Shown here one piece after another: positions 38,912 through 48,398 of a stretch of DNA of 64,000 nt. Within the stretch, counting starts at the first letter, position 1. Each line of letters begins with the position of its first letter. The position numbers and the translations under genes were made by a program. Source of the stretch: Candidatus Eiseniibacteriota bacterium (lineage in GTDB: Bacteria > Eisenbacteria > RBG-16-71-46); contig JBGAML010000022.1 in assembly GCA_044223005.1 (NCBI GenBank), positions 3,934 through 67,933 on the forward strand. The letters are read 5' to 3'. A model generated the notes under the pieces. The model saw only the letters and a program-made list of their open reading frames with translations, did not search any database and was not told the origin of the DNA.

Positions 38912-39984
38912 TCCTGCTCCTCCCCCGTGCGCGCCGGCACGCGCAGCGTCACCGTGAACCGCTCGTCCTCGCGCACCGCGTCGAGCCGCGCCGCGCGTGC
39001 CCCGAACGCGTCCAGCCGCCGGCGCACGTTCTCCAGCCCCACGCCGGCGCCGCGCGGCGTGACGGTCTCGGGATCGACCGGGTTCTCGATCGCGATCACG
39101 AGCGCCCCACCGCGCACGTCCGCCACCAGCCGCAGCGTACCGCCTTCGACGCATCCCGCCACGCCGTGCTTGACCGCGTTCTCCACGAGCGGCTGCAGCA
39201 GCAGTGGCGGGACGCGGCACGCCGCGGCCTGCGGCGAGATCACGCGCTCGACGGCCAGCCGCGCGCCGAAGCGCACCTGCTCGATCTGCAGGTAGCGATC
39301 GACCAGCTCCAGTTCCTCGGCGAGCGCCACGTCGTCACGCGCCCCCAGCGCGAGCGTGCGCCGGAGGAAGTCCCCGAGGCCCTCGCACATGCGGCGCGCG
39401 CCCTCGGGGTCGCTGCCGACCAGGGCGTTGATCGAGTTGAGGCTGTTGAAGAGGAAGTGCGGGTTGAGCTGCGCGCGCAGTGCGCGCAGTTCGGCCTCGC
39501 GGCCGGCGACCTCGGCCTCCAGCAGGCGCGTCTCGGCGTCGTGCGTGGCCTCGAAGCCGAGCACGAGGTAGTGCACGATCGCCGACAGGAGCCACGCGAG
39601 CAGCCCGAGCGCGAGCGGCACGAGCGGCCACTCGCGCCCGAACGCCGCGAGCGCCGCCGGGTCGTGCCGCAGCCCGCGCAGCACCACGACGCCCCACGCG
39701 CCGGTGATCGCGGCCCACGCGGCCGCCATCGCCGCGGCGGCCTGCAGCTGCACCGACACCGCGCGGCCGACGCGCCCCTCCTGGAGCGGATTCGCGCGGC
39801 AGAGCCACCACGCCGAGAGCACCGACATCCCGAGCACGACCGCCGGCGGCACCGCGAGCAGCCACGCGAACGGCCGCGGCTGCGGCACTGCGAGCCGGCC
39901 GAGTTCGCCGAGCAGGATGCCGGCCGCGATCCACGCGAGCGCGTAGAGCGCGAGCCCGAACCGGCGGCCGAAGAGCGGATGCAT
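38908..39984 (-). CDS. LytS-family sensor histidine kinase
   Basis: TM N-terminus; LRAQLNPHFLFNSLN, IEQVRF, LQPLVENAVKHG, GVGLENV. Confidence 0.93.
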   Translation of the reverse strand: MHPLFGRRFGLALYALAWIAAGILLGELGRLAVPQPRPFAWLLAVPPAVVLGMSVLSAWWLCRANPLQEGRVGRAVSVQLQAAAAMAAAWAAITGAWGVVVLRGLRHDPAALAAFGREWPLVPLALGLLAWLLSAIVHYLVLGFEATHDAETRLLEAEVAGREAELRALRAQLNPHFLFNSLNSINALVGSDPEGARRMCEGLGDFLRRTLALGARDDVALAEELELVDRYLQIEQVRFGARLAVERVISPQAAACRVPPLLLQPLVENAVKHGVAGCVEGGTLRLVADVRGGALVIAIENPVDPETVTPRGAGVGLENVRRRLDAFGARAARLDAVREDERFTVTLRVPARTGEEQE

Positions 39985-39987
39985 GGA

Positions 39988-40872
39988 TCAGTGCGTGTCC
40001 GTCGGGGACGCGCCACCGCTCTCGGGCGAGCCGCCGCTGGCGTCGTCCTCGTCGCGGCCGCCGCGGCGCGTGCGGATGATGGTGATGCCGTCACGCGTGA
40101 CGTGCACCTCCTCGCGCCGGCGGCGGCGCGAGCCGCGCACGTGCACGCCTACGTGCGTCCGGTGCATGGACGGCGTGTCGGTGATCGTGACGCCGCCCAT
40201 CATCGCCAGGCCACGCACGACCAGCGTCGCGGTCGGCGTCACGCCCGGCGGTACGCGGCGCTGGTCGTCGATCGCGCCGAGGACCGCCGCGGACTCGACT
40301 TCGACCGCCCACGATTCCGGCACCACGATCTCGATCCCGCCCCACATCACGAACGCGTCGACGACCACGCGCTCGCTCGCGGGCTTCGCCTCGCGCAGGT
40401 CCAGGCTGACCGCACCCATCACCGCGGAGAGTTCGCCGCCGCGCAGCGCGCCGCTCTGGCTGCGCCGGCGCTCCGAACCCACCAGCGCGAATGCGCGGAT
40501 CCAGTCCTCCGCGCCCTCGCCCTCGTGCGCCCCGTCCGAGAGATGCGACTGGCGCACGAGCACGTTCACGCCCGCGAAGATCAGGCAGAGGGGCCAGAAC
40601 AGCCCCCAGCCGAACCGCAGCCAGCCGAGGTGGTTCGCGAGCAGCACGCTGCCGAGCAGGACGAAGAACGAACCCGTGATCGTGTTTCGGCCGAGCCCCA
40701 GGCCCGTGACCTTGGCGACGCCGTACGCGAGCATCACGACCGGCCACCAGCCGAGGATCGACGCCAGCTGCGAGTAGCCGAGATTGTCGAGCGTCCACGC
40801 GACGCCGAAGACCACGAGCAGCACCCCGAGCAGCGCGCGCGTGCCAAAACGGTTCGGACGATCGGCGATCAT
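39988..40872 (-). CDS. LiaF-like membrane protein (DUF5668 + DUF2154-like)
   Basis: ATG 40872 after GGAGG; two WWP/FWP TM hairpins, then GGELSAVMGAVSLDLREA...GGIEIVVPESW. Confidence 0.85.
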   Translation of the reverse strand: MIADRPNRFGTRALLGVLLVVFGVAWTLDNLGYSQLASILGWWPVVMLAYGVAKVTGLGLGRNTITGSFFVLLGSVLLANHLGWLRFGWGLFWPLCLIFAGVNVLVRQSHLSDGAHEGEGAEDWIRAFALVGSERRRSQSGALRGGELSAVMGAVSLDLREAKPASERVVVDAFVMWGGIEIVVPESWAVEVESAAVLGAIDDQRRVPPGVTPTATLVVRGLAMMGGVTITDTPSMHRTHVGVHVRGSRRRRREEVHVTRDGITIIRTRRGGRDEDDASGGSPESGGASPTDTH

Positions 40873-41168
40873 GCGGGACCTCCGTTCGAACGCCGCAGGG
40901 CGTGCGCACGGTGCGCGGCGCGCCCCGCCGCGAGACCCGCGACCAGGAAGAGGGCGGGCAGCAGCCACAGCGGCGTCATCATGGCGAGCGCCGCGCGCAG
41001 CACCGGCGCCGCGGCAGCCGCGGCCGGCGCGGGGCCGAGCGCGAGCACGAGCACGAGCAACACGGCGTTCTCGATCACGAGCCACGCGACGCAGAGCCCG
41101 AGGCACGCCACGCCCGCGTGGCGCCACGCGCGGCGGCGGTGGCGGCGGCGAACGTCAAACCTGTTCAT
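40869..41168 (-). CDS. Small membrane protein
   Basis: Overlaps both neighbours in the operon; GGAG RBS; hydrophobic segments. Confidence 0.6.
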   Translation of the reverse strand: MNRFDVRRRHRRRAWRHAGVACLGLCVAWLVIENAVLLVLVLALGPAPAAAAAAPVLRAALAMMTPLWLLPALFLVAGLAAGRAAHRAHALRRSNGGPA

Positions 41169-41550
41169 CGCGCTCCTCCACGATCACGCGCACGCGGTCC
41201 GGCATGAACCGCGACGCCACCGCCCGCACCAGCTGGCCGAGGCCGATCGCGACGAACGAGAGCGGCCAGCTCTTCCGCCAGTCGAGCCCGTACCAGCCGT
41301 GCAGCGAGACCAGCAGCCACGCTCCGACGAGCAGCATGGTGACGGCACCACCCAGCGCCCGCGCGCTGCGCGCCGTCGCGAGCTTGGCCGCGCCCAGCAC
41401 GATCATGATCACCGGCCAGCCCGTGGCCCACTCGAACCACGGCAGCCGCCCCGAGACCTGGAGCATCAGCGCCACGCCGACCAGGATGAGCGTGATGCCC
41501 CAGAAGAACCCTCCGCCCCGGTGCTCGTCTTCGATGTCCCAGCGCCTCAT
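41155..41550 (-). CDS. LiaI/LiaF-like four-TM protein (DUF5668-like)
   Basis: GITLILVGVALML...GWPVIMIVLG...SWPLSFVAIG; GGAGG RBS. Confidence 0.8.
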   Translation of the reverse strand: MRRWDIEDEHRGGGFFWGITLILVGVALMLQVSGRLPWFEWATGWPVIMIVLGAAKLATARSARALGGAVTMLLVGAWLLVSLHGWYGLDWRKSWPLSFVAIGLGQLVRAVASRFMPDRVRVIVEERDEQV

Positions 41551-41636
41551 CGTCTCCTCCGGTGGGCCCGCGTTCCGCGCGGAGCCCTTCGACCTGCAGG
41601 ACGTTACGGCGCGCCCGCGGCCGCGGCGCGGGGCAT

Positions 41637-41669
41637 TCGGCCAACGGCGGCGGCGGGTCGGTGAACGGC
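41637..41669 (-). promoter_or_regulatory. Putative LytTR binding direct repeat
   Basis: Minus strand GCCGTTCACCGA and GCCGTTGGCCGA with 21-bp period upstream of the operon encoding the LytTR regulator. Confidence 0.65.
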
Positions 41670-41694
41670 GGCGGCGCCCGGCCGGTGGCCGGGC

Positions 41695-42414
41695 TCAGGC
41701 GCCCTTCGCCCCCCGCTCGCGGCGCAGCACGAACAGCCAGCCGGCGAGGAATGCGGCCGCGAAGAGGAACCACTGGACCGCATACGAGAGATGCCCCAGC
41801 GACTGCGGCGGCTCGGGCGTGAGGCGCTCGGGCAGAGGCGGCGCCGACGGATCCGGCAGCGCGCGCAGCAGCCACGGTGCGAACGTCATCGGGGCATGCG
41901 CCGTGAGCGAGTCGAGGCCCAGCGCGCGCACGGACCAGACGACCGCCGCCTCGTCGGGCAGGCGCTCCCATGCCGCGCCCTTCGCGTGCTCGGGCAGGCG
42001 CTCGAGCAACCCGGTGATCTGCACCTCGCCGGACTCGCCGTAGTCCTGGAGCCGCGCGTGGATGCCGTCGGTGGACGGCAGGCCGCCGCGATCGACGAGC
42101 ACCAGCGCTCCGCCGCGCAGCCGCATCGGCGTGAGCAGCTCGACGGCCGCACTGTCGCCGCGCCAGCGATCGCACAGCGTCACCTGCCAGCGCGCGTCGT
42201 AGGTGCCGCGCGCGATCACGCGCCGGGCGCCGACGCCACCCCACGCGCCGGGCGACGCGGGCAGCGGCACCGGTGGCGCGGCGAGCGCGGCGCGGTACGC
42301 GTCGGCGAGGTGGCGCTTCTCGCTCCAGCGCGAGAGCTGCCAGATGCCCATCCGCGCGCACATCGCCGCGAGCACGATCGCGACGACGGCGACGACGACG
42401 GGCCCCGGGCGCAC
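41695..42414 (-). CDS. SURF1-family protein
   Basis: MGIWQLSRWSEK, LTPMRL, VLVDRG, HLSYAVQWF. Confidence 0.9.
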   Translation of the reverse strand: MRPGPVVVAVVAIVLAAMCARMGIWQLSRWSEKRHLADAYRAALAAPPVPLPASPGAWGGVGARRVIARGTYDARWQVTLCDRWRGDSAAVELLTPMRLRGGALVLVDRGGLPSTDGIHARLQDYGESGEVQITGLLERLPEHAKGAAWERLPDEAAVVWSVRALGLDSLTAHAPMTFAPWLLRALPDPSAPPLPERLTPEPPQSLGHLSYAVQWFLFAAAFLAGWLFVLRRERGAKGA

Positions 42415-42424
42415 GCGCAGGTTC

Positions 42425-42670
42425 CTAGGGAGCGGGCTTCGGCTTGGGCGCGGGCGGGCGGCACTCGCTCGCGGCGATCACCGACTGGAAGCCGCAGCGC
42501 TTGTGGGCGCCGTCGCAGAAAGGCTTGTTCTCGGACTGCCCGCAGCGACAGAGCGAGATCCGCTCGACACCCGCGAGCGGGACGACGTTGCCGTCCTGGT
42601 CGACGAGCTCGAAATCGCCCTCGACCCGGACCGAACCATTGTTGTGCACCGTGAGCCGCGTCGCTGCCAT
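42425..42670 (-). CDS. CDGSH iron-sulfur domain protein
   Basis: ATG 42670 after GGAGG; LCRCGQSENKPFCDGAH. Confidence 0.9.
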   Translation of the reverse strand: MAATRLTVHNNGSVRVEGDFELVDQDGNVVPLAGVERISLCRCGQSENKPFCDGAHKRCGFQSVIAASECRPPAPKPKPAP

Positions 42671-42755
42671 GGGGAAGCCTCCCGAAACCGATGTCCGAAA
42701 CGCAGTTGCGGGAGCGACTCTAGCAGCGGCCCCCGGAGGGCGCGAGCGGCCACGC

Positions 42756-42782
42756 TGCAACCCCGCCGGGTGCGTTCGCGTA
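42756..42782 (+). promoter_or_regulatory. Putative ECF promoter TGCAAC-N17-CGTA
   Basis: TGCAAC cccgccgggtgcgttcg CGTA, 80 nt upstream of the small membrane protein gene. Confidence 0.5.
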
Positions 42783-42862
42783 GAAGGGACATGCGCCGGG
42801 AATCCCGGCGCCGCGGGCATCGCCCGCGAGCCCGGTCGGCAGTCCCTTTCCGGAGGTCGTAC

Positions 42863-43159
42863 GTGATCGAGCTGCTCGTGTTCGGTGCGCTCGCGTTCGC
42901 CGCGATGACGGTGATCGGCGTCCTGGTCGCGGTGGCGAGCTTCATGGGTTTCGTGATCGCTCTTCCCTTCCGCATCATCGGCTGGTCGCTGCGCCTGCTC
43001 GGCCTGCTGATCGCGCTCCCCTTCATGCTGCTGGCCGGCGTGCTCGGCGTGGGCGCGCTGCTGCTGCCGCTGGCGCCGGTGATCGCGCTCGTGTGGCTCG
43101 CGTGGTGGCTGCTGCGCGACCGCAAGCCGCAGCGCTCGCAGGCCACCGTCGTGTCGTGA
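42863..43159 (+). CDS. Small hydrophobic membrane protein (PspG/LiaI-like)
   Basis: GGAGG + GTG 42863; MIELLVFGALAF..., almost entirely hydrophobic with a basic tail; the PspG resemblance is by eye only. Confidence 0.65.
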   Translation: MIELLVFGALAFAAMTVIGVLVAVASFMGFVIALPFRIIGWSLRLLGLLIALPFMLLAGVLGVGALLLPLAPVIALVWLAWWLLRDRKPQRSQATVVS

Positions 43160-43383
43160 CGCACTTCGCCTGACCGGGCGAATCGCGAGGCGGCTTCCGG
43201 GATCCCTCCCTCCGGAACGCCGCCTTTCGCGTTTCCAGGGGCCGCTGGCAGGGCTCCCGGCCGCCTTGAGCGATCGCGCGGGATCGGTCATCCTGCCGCG
43301 TTCACGACCGTCCACCGACCGTCCGCCGTCGTCGAACCGCCCCTCGGGCGGCTCCGCGGCACCTTCCGCTCGCAAGGAAACCG

Positions 43384-45060
43384 ATGCCCGATTTCATCTA
43401 CACCATGAAGGACCTCCGCAAGGTGGTCCCTCCCAAGCGCGAGATCCTCAAGGGGATCTGGCTCTCGTTCTTCTACGGCGCCAAGATCGGCGTCCTGGGC
43501 CTGAACGGCGCCGGCAAGAGCTCGCTGCTCAAGATCATGGCCGGCATCGATCCCGACTTCATCGGCGAGGCCTTCCTCGGCAAGGGCTACACCGTCGGCT
43601 ATCTCGAGCAGGAGCCGAAGCTCGATCCGGCCAAGACCGTGTTCGAGAACGTGGCCGAAGGCGTCGGCGAGAAGATGCGGATCAAGCGCCGCTGGGACGA
43701 GATCGCCGCGCGCTTCGCCGAGCCGATGGAAGACGACGAGATGAACAAGCTGATCGAGGAGCAGGGCAAGCTCCAGGACGCCATGGACGCGGGCAACCTG
43801 TGGGAGCTCGAGCGGCAGATCGAGATCGCGATGGACGCGCTCCGCTGCCCGCCCGGCGAGTCGACCGTCACGACGCTGTCGGGTGGCGAGCGCCGCCGCG
43901 TCGCGCTCTGCCGGCTGCTGCTCTCGCATCCCGACCTGCTGCTGCTCGATGAGCCCACGAACCACCTCGACGCCGAATCCGTCGACTGGCTGGAGCGATT
44001 CCTCAAGGACTACACGGGAACGGTCGTCGCGGTGACGCACGACCGCTACTTCCTCGACAACGTCGCCGGCTGGATCCTCGAGCTCGACCGCGGTGCGGGC
44101 ATTCCGTGGGAAGGCAACTACACCTCGTGGCTCGAGCAGAAGAAGAACCGGCTCGCGCAGGAAGAAAAGACCGAGTCCGCGCGCCAGAAGACGCTCGAGC
44201 GCGAGTTCGAGTGGGTCAAGATGGCGCCGCGTGCACGCCAGGCCAAGAGCAAGGCGCGTCTCGCCGCGTACGAGAAGATGCTCGCCGAGGAGGGTGCGGA
44301 GCGGATCGAGAACATCGAGATCTACATCCCGCCCGGACCGCGCCTCGGCAACGTCGTGATCGAGACGCAGAACCTGCGCAAGGGCTACGGCGACACGCTG
44401 CTGATCGACGATCTGTCGTTCAAGCTGCCGCCCGCCGGGATCGTCGGCGTGATCGGCCCCAACGGCGCCGGCAAGACGACGCTCTTCCGCATGCTCGTGG
44501 GCGCCGAGAAGCCGGATTCGGGCTCGCTGCGCGTGGGCGAGACGGTGAAGATCGCCTACGTGGACCAGAGCCGCGAATCGCTCGCGGGCGAGAAGACCGT
44601 CTGGGAGGAGATCTCCGGCGGCAACGACCTGCTCATGCTGGGCAAGCGCGAGGTGAACTCGCGCGCGTACGCGTCGTGGTTCAACTTCCGCGGCGCCGAC
44701 CAGCAGAAGCGCGTGAAGGACCTCTCGGGCGGCGAGCGCAACCGGCTCCACATGGCCAAGCTGCTGCAGAGCGGCGGCAACCTGCTGCTGCTCGATGAGC
44801 CCACCAACGATCTCGACGTCGATACGTTGCGGGCGCTCGAAGACGCGCTGCTCGCGTTCGCCGGCTGCGCCGTGGTGATCTCGCACGACCGCTGGTTCCT
44901 CGACCGCATCGCGACGCACATCCTCGCGTTCGAGGGCGATTCGCAGGTCACCTTCTTCGAGGGCAACTACCAGGACTACGAGAAGGTGCGCCACGAACGG
45001 CTCGGCGCCGAGGCCGACACGCCGCACCGGATCCGCTACAAGCCGCTCGTGCGCAGCTAG
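43384..45060 (+). CDS. ettA: Energy-dependent translational throttle protein (ABC-F)
   Basis: [20 protein letters not shown], two ABC cassettes, [14 protein letters not shown]-terminal PHRIRYKPL. Confidence 0.96.
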   Translation: MPDFIYTMKDLRKVVPPKREILKGIWLSFFYGAKIGVLGLNGAGKSSLLKIMAGIDPDFIGEAFLGKGYTVGYLEQEPKLDPAKTVFENVAEGVGEKMRIKRRWDEIAARFAEPMEDDEMNKLIEEQGKLQDAMDAGNLWELERQIEIAMDALRCPPGESTVTTLSGGERRRVALCRLLLSHPDLLLLDEPTNHLDAESVDWLERFLKDYTGTVVAVTHDRYFLDNVAGWILELDRGAGIPWEGNYTSWLEQKKNRLAQEEKTESARQKTLEREFEWVKMAPRARQAKSKARLAAYEKMLAEEGAERIENIEIYIPPGPRLGNVVIETQNLRKGYGDTLLIDDLSFKLPPAGIVGVIGPNGAGKTTLFRMLVGAEKPDSGSLRVGETVKIAYVDQSRESLAGEKTVWEEISGGNDLLMLGKREVNSRAYASWFNFRGADQQKRVKDLSGGERNRLHMAKLLQSGGNLLLLDEPTNDLDVDTLRALEDALLAFAGCAVVISHDRWFLDRIATHILAFEGDSQVTFFEGNYQDYEKVRHERLGAEADTPHRIRYKPLVRS

Positions 45061-45077
45061 GGCACGCGACCGGCCCA

Positions 45078-45116
45078 CGGGGCGCCCGCGCACGCGCGGG
45101 TGCCCCGGTTCGTTTT
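45078..45116 (+). terminator. Intrinsic terminator after ettA
   Basis: CGGGGCGCCCGCGC/GCGCGGGTGCCCCG followed by GTTCGTTTT. Confidence 0.7.
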
Positions 45117-45167
45117 CGCGACGGGCGTCTCTGGCCGAATGCGCCCCGCGTCGGATAACGTCGCGGC

Positions 45168-47042
45168 ATGCTGGCCGACCGGACTGCTCCCGCCCGCCCC
45201 GTCGCGATCGCCACGCTCGGCGCGTTCGCGCTCACGTTGCCCGCGTACCTCGCGACCATGAACCGCGGCATCGGGTTCATCGACCGCGGCGAACTCGCGG
45301 CCGTGGCGGCGACGCTCGGGATCGCACACCCGACCGGCTATCCGCTCTTCACGCTGCTCGGCAACGTCCTCGCGCGGCTCGCCCCGGGCCACGTGGTGCT
45401 GGCGCTCAACGGGGCGGCCGCGGTGCTCACGGCCGCGGGCGCGGCGGTGCTGGTACCGCTCTACGACGAGTGGCTGCGGCGCACCGATCCCGGCGCGGCG
45501 CCGGCCGAGCGCGCGCCGTTCGCGCTGCTCGGCGCGCTCGTCACGGCCTCGGGCTCGGTGTGGTGGCAGCAGGCGAACGGCTGGGAGGTCTACGCGCTGC
45601 ACGCCCTGCTCGCGCCGCTGGCGCTGCTCGCGGCGGCGCGCTGGCTGCGCACGGGCGGGACCGCGGCCGCCGCGTTCGCGGGCCTCGCGCTCGGGCTCGC
45701 GTTCACGAACCACCTGACGACGGTGCTGCTCGTGCCCGCGCTCGCCATCCTGCTGCTGCTCGATCCCCGCCGCGGCGAGCGCGTGCGCGAACTGCCCGCG
45801 GCGGTCGTGGCGGGCGTGCTGGCGCTCGGGACCTACGCCTACCTGCCGCTGCGCACGGCGCAGCACCCGGCGCTCGACTGGGGCGAGCCGACGACGGCCG
45901 CGCGATTCGTCGCGCACGTCGGCGCGCGCGAGTTCCGCTCGTGGATGTTCTCGGACGCCGCCGAGTTCGCCGGCCAGGCGCGCTACGTCGCGATCCGGCT
46001 CCCGGCCGATCTCGCGTGGGCGGGTGCGGCGCTGGCACTCGCCGGACTCGCCGTCGCGTGGCGCCGCGATCGCCGCGTGGCGCTCGCCACGCTGGTGCTC
46101 TTCGGCGGGTGCGTGCTCTACGCCTGCGGCTACGGCATCCGCGACATCGACGCCTACCTGCTCGCGGCCGGCATCGCGACGGGCGCGTGGGTCGCGTGCG
46201 CGCTGCTCGCGTTGCGGCGCCGCGGCGCGAGGAGCGCGGCGATCGCCCTCGCCGTGGCGCTGGTGGCGGGCAACGCGTGGCTGCATCACGGCGAGTGCGA
46301 CGAGTCGCGACTGAACCTGCCCGAGGACTTCGCGCGCCAGCAGCTCGCCGCGCTTCCCGCGCGCGCGGTGCTGATGGACGCGCAGTGGGACTACACGCTC
46401 TCGCCATCGCTGGCGCTGCAGGCGATCGAGCACGTGCGCCCGGACGTCACCGTGATCGGCGCGCACCTGCTCAAGCACCCGTGGTACGTGCGCGCGCTGC
46501 GCCGCCGCGATCCCGCGCTGGTGGCGCCGGCGGCGCGCGAGTGCGACGCATTCCTCGAGGCCGCGCGTCCGTACGAGGAAGGCCGCACATACGACGCCGC
46601 GCAAGTGGGCCGACGCTGGCTCGCGTTCGTCACCGCCCTGCGCGAGCGCGCGCTCGCGTCGCGCCCCGTGTGCCTCACGGCCGGCGTCGGCCCCGAGCTC
46701 GCGGGCGAGCGGCCGCAGGTGCCGCTGGGCCTCTGCTGGCAGCTCGCGGTGGACACCGCCTACGTCGCCGCACCCGCGCCGCCCAGCTTCCGGCCGTGGA
46801 CCGAGCGCGAGGATCCCTGGGTCGCCTCGACCAGCCTGCTGCGTGCCCGCGCGGCGCTCGCCCGCGCCGACTACGAGTGGCGGCACGGCCACGCCGCCGC
46901 AGCCGCCGCGTGGTTCGGGGCCGCGCGGGCCTGCGATCCACACTTCGACCCGGCTCGCGTCCCGGTGCTGCCGCTGGACGGCGCCGACCTGGTACGCGAA
47001 AGCGCGACGTTCTTCGAGCGGCTCCGCTCGGTCCACGGCTGA
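45168..47042 (+). CDS. DUF2723/TMEM260-like GT-C membrane glycosyltransferase
   Basis: DRGELAAVAATLGIAHPTGYPLFTLLG, EVYALH, TNHLT, YLPLR, LDWGEP, RPDV. Confidence 0.82.
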   Translation: MLADRTAPARPVAIATLGAFALTLPAYLATMNRGIGFIDRGELAAVAATLGIAHPTGYPLFTLLGNVLARLAPGHVVLALNGAAAVLTAAGAAVLVPLYDEWLRRTDPGAAPAERAPFALLGALVTASGSVWWQQANGWEVYALHALLAPLALLAAARWLRTGGTAAAAFAGLALGLAFTNHLTTVLLVPALAILLLLDPRRGERVRELPAAVVAGVLALGTYAYLPLRTAQHPALDWGEPTTAARFVAHVGAREFRSWMFSDAAEFAGQARYVAIRLPADLAWAGAALALAGLAVAWRRDRRVALATLVLFGGCVLYACGYGIRDIDAYLLAAGIATGAWVACALLALRRRGARSAAIALAVALVAGNAWLHHGECDESRLNLPEDFARQQLAALPARAVLMDAQWDYTLSPSLALQAIEHVRPDVTVIGAHLLKHPWYVRALRRRDPALVAPAARECDAFLEAARPYEEGRTYDAAQVGRRWLAFVTALRERALASRPVCLTAGVGPELAGERPQVPLGLCWQLAVDTAYVAAPAPPSFRPWTEREDPWVASTSLLRARAALARADYEWRHGHAAAAAAWFGAARACDPHFDPARVPVLPLDGADLVRESATFFERLRSVHG

Positions 47043-47142
47043 GCTGGCGCCGGGCCCGCCGGGGCCGCGGCGATTCGCGCCGGAATCCCCGCCGAGTCCC
47101 GTGGCTCTCACGGGGTGAACCCGCAGGCGAGGAGTCCACCCG

Positions 47143-47949
47143 ATGAGCACCACGCACGACGTCACCGATTTCCGGTCCGAAGTCCTCGATCGCAGTCGCA
47201 CCGCGCCCGTCCTCGTCGATTTCTGGGCACCGTGGTGCGGACCCTGCCGCACGCTCGGGCCCACGCTCGAGCGGCTCGCGAATCAGTCCGGTGATCGCTG
47301 GACGCTCGTGAAGGTCAATACCGAGGAGTACCCGGAACTCGCCTCCTCGTTCGGCGTGATGAGCATTCCCAATGTGAAGCTCTTCCGCGACGGCGAGGTG
47401 ATCGACGAGTTCGTGGGCGCCCTGCCCGAGTCGGAGATCCGCCGCTGGCTCGACCTGCGCCTGCCGGCCTCCGAATCGCCGCGCGTCGCGGCGGCGCGTG
47501 CGCTCGCCGAGGCGGGCGACGTCGACGGCGCGATCGCCGCACTCGAGCGCGAGACCGTGGCGGCGCCGCACGACGCGGCGACGCGCCTCGCGCTCGCGGA
47601 GTTGCTGTTGCGCCGCGCGCCCGAGCGCGTGCACGCGACGCTCGCGCCCCTCGGTGACGAGCACGCGGACAAGGTCGAGGCGCTACGCGTCCTCGCGGGC
47701 TGGCTGCTGCGCGCAGGGATGCTGCCCGAGGGCGAGGCGCGCGAGCCGTTCGCAGCGGCGCTGGCCGCGATCCGCGCGGGCGACTGGGACGCCGCGCTCG
47801 CGGCCGACGTCGAAGCGCTGCGCCGCCAGCGCCGCTGGGCGGACGGTGCGGCACGCGAACTCGGCCGCGCGCTGTTCATCCACCTGGGCGTCGTCCACCC
47901 CGTGTGCGAGAAGCACTACCGGGCGTTCGCGAGCGCGCTGCACGTCTGA
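47143..47949 (+). CDS. Thioredoxin with C-terminal TPR region (CnoX/YbbN-like)
   Basis: VLVDFWAPWCGPC, SIPNV, C-terminal helical repeats ending YRAFASAL. Confidence 0.88.
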   Translation: MSTTHDVTDFRSEVLDRSRTAPVLVDFWAPWCGPCRTLGPTLERLANQSGDRWTLVKVNTEEYPELASSFGVMSIPNVKLFRDGEVIDEFVGALPESEIRRWLDLRLPASESPRVAAARALAEAGDVDGAIAALERETVAAPHDAATRLALAELLLRRAPERVHATLAPLGDEHADKVEALRVLAGWLLRAGMLPEGEAREPFAAALAAIRAGDWDAALAADVEALRRQRRWADGAARELGRALFIHLGVVHPVCEKHYRAFASALHV

Positions 47950-47966
47950 GACGAGTCGCGCGCCGC

Positions 47967-48398
47967 TCAGGTGCGCGTGCGCCTCGCGGCCAGCGCGGCC
48001 AGCGTGGTCAGCCCGATGTTCTCGGCGAACTTCTTCGCGCCGATCGCGCTCGCCCCCACCTTGCCGAAGCAGCCGCAGCGGAAGTCCAGCCCGCGTGCCC
48101 ATGCGGCCGCCACGGCGACCGTGAACACGAGCATCATCACGAGCGCCAGCGCCGCGCCGGCGCGCGCGCGCACGCCGAGCACCAGCGCGAGGCCGGCGAC
48201 GAGCTCGATCCACGGCATCGTCATCGCCAGTGCGTGCTCACTCCAGGACGGCGTGAGCCGGTAGTTGTGCAGTTCCTGCGCGAACCAGTTGAGGTCGCCG
48301 ATCTTGCCCAGCGCGGCGATCACGAACACGAGACCGATCGCGATGCGCGTGATGCGCATCACCGCGGGCGACGCGAGCCAGTCGAGCGCGGGCTTCAT
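47967..48398 (-). CDS. MauE/DoxX-family membrane protein
   Basis: ATGA overlap with the rhodanese stop; AALGKI, PWIEL, ARGLDFRCGCFG. Confidence 0.88.
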   Translation of the reverse strand: MKPALDWLASPAVMRITRIAIGLVFVIAALGKIGDLNWFAQELHNYRLTPSWSEHALAMTMPWIELVAGLALVLGVRARAGAALALVMMLVFTVAVAAAWARGLDFRCGCFGKVGASAIGAKKFAENIGLTTLAALAARRTRT

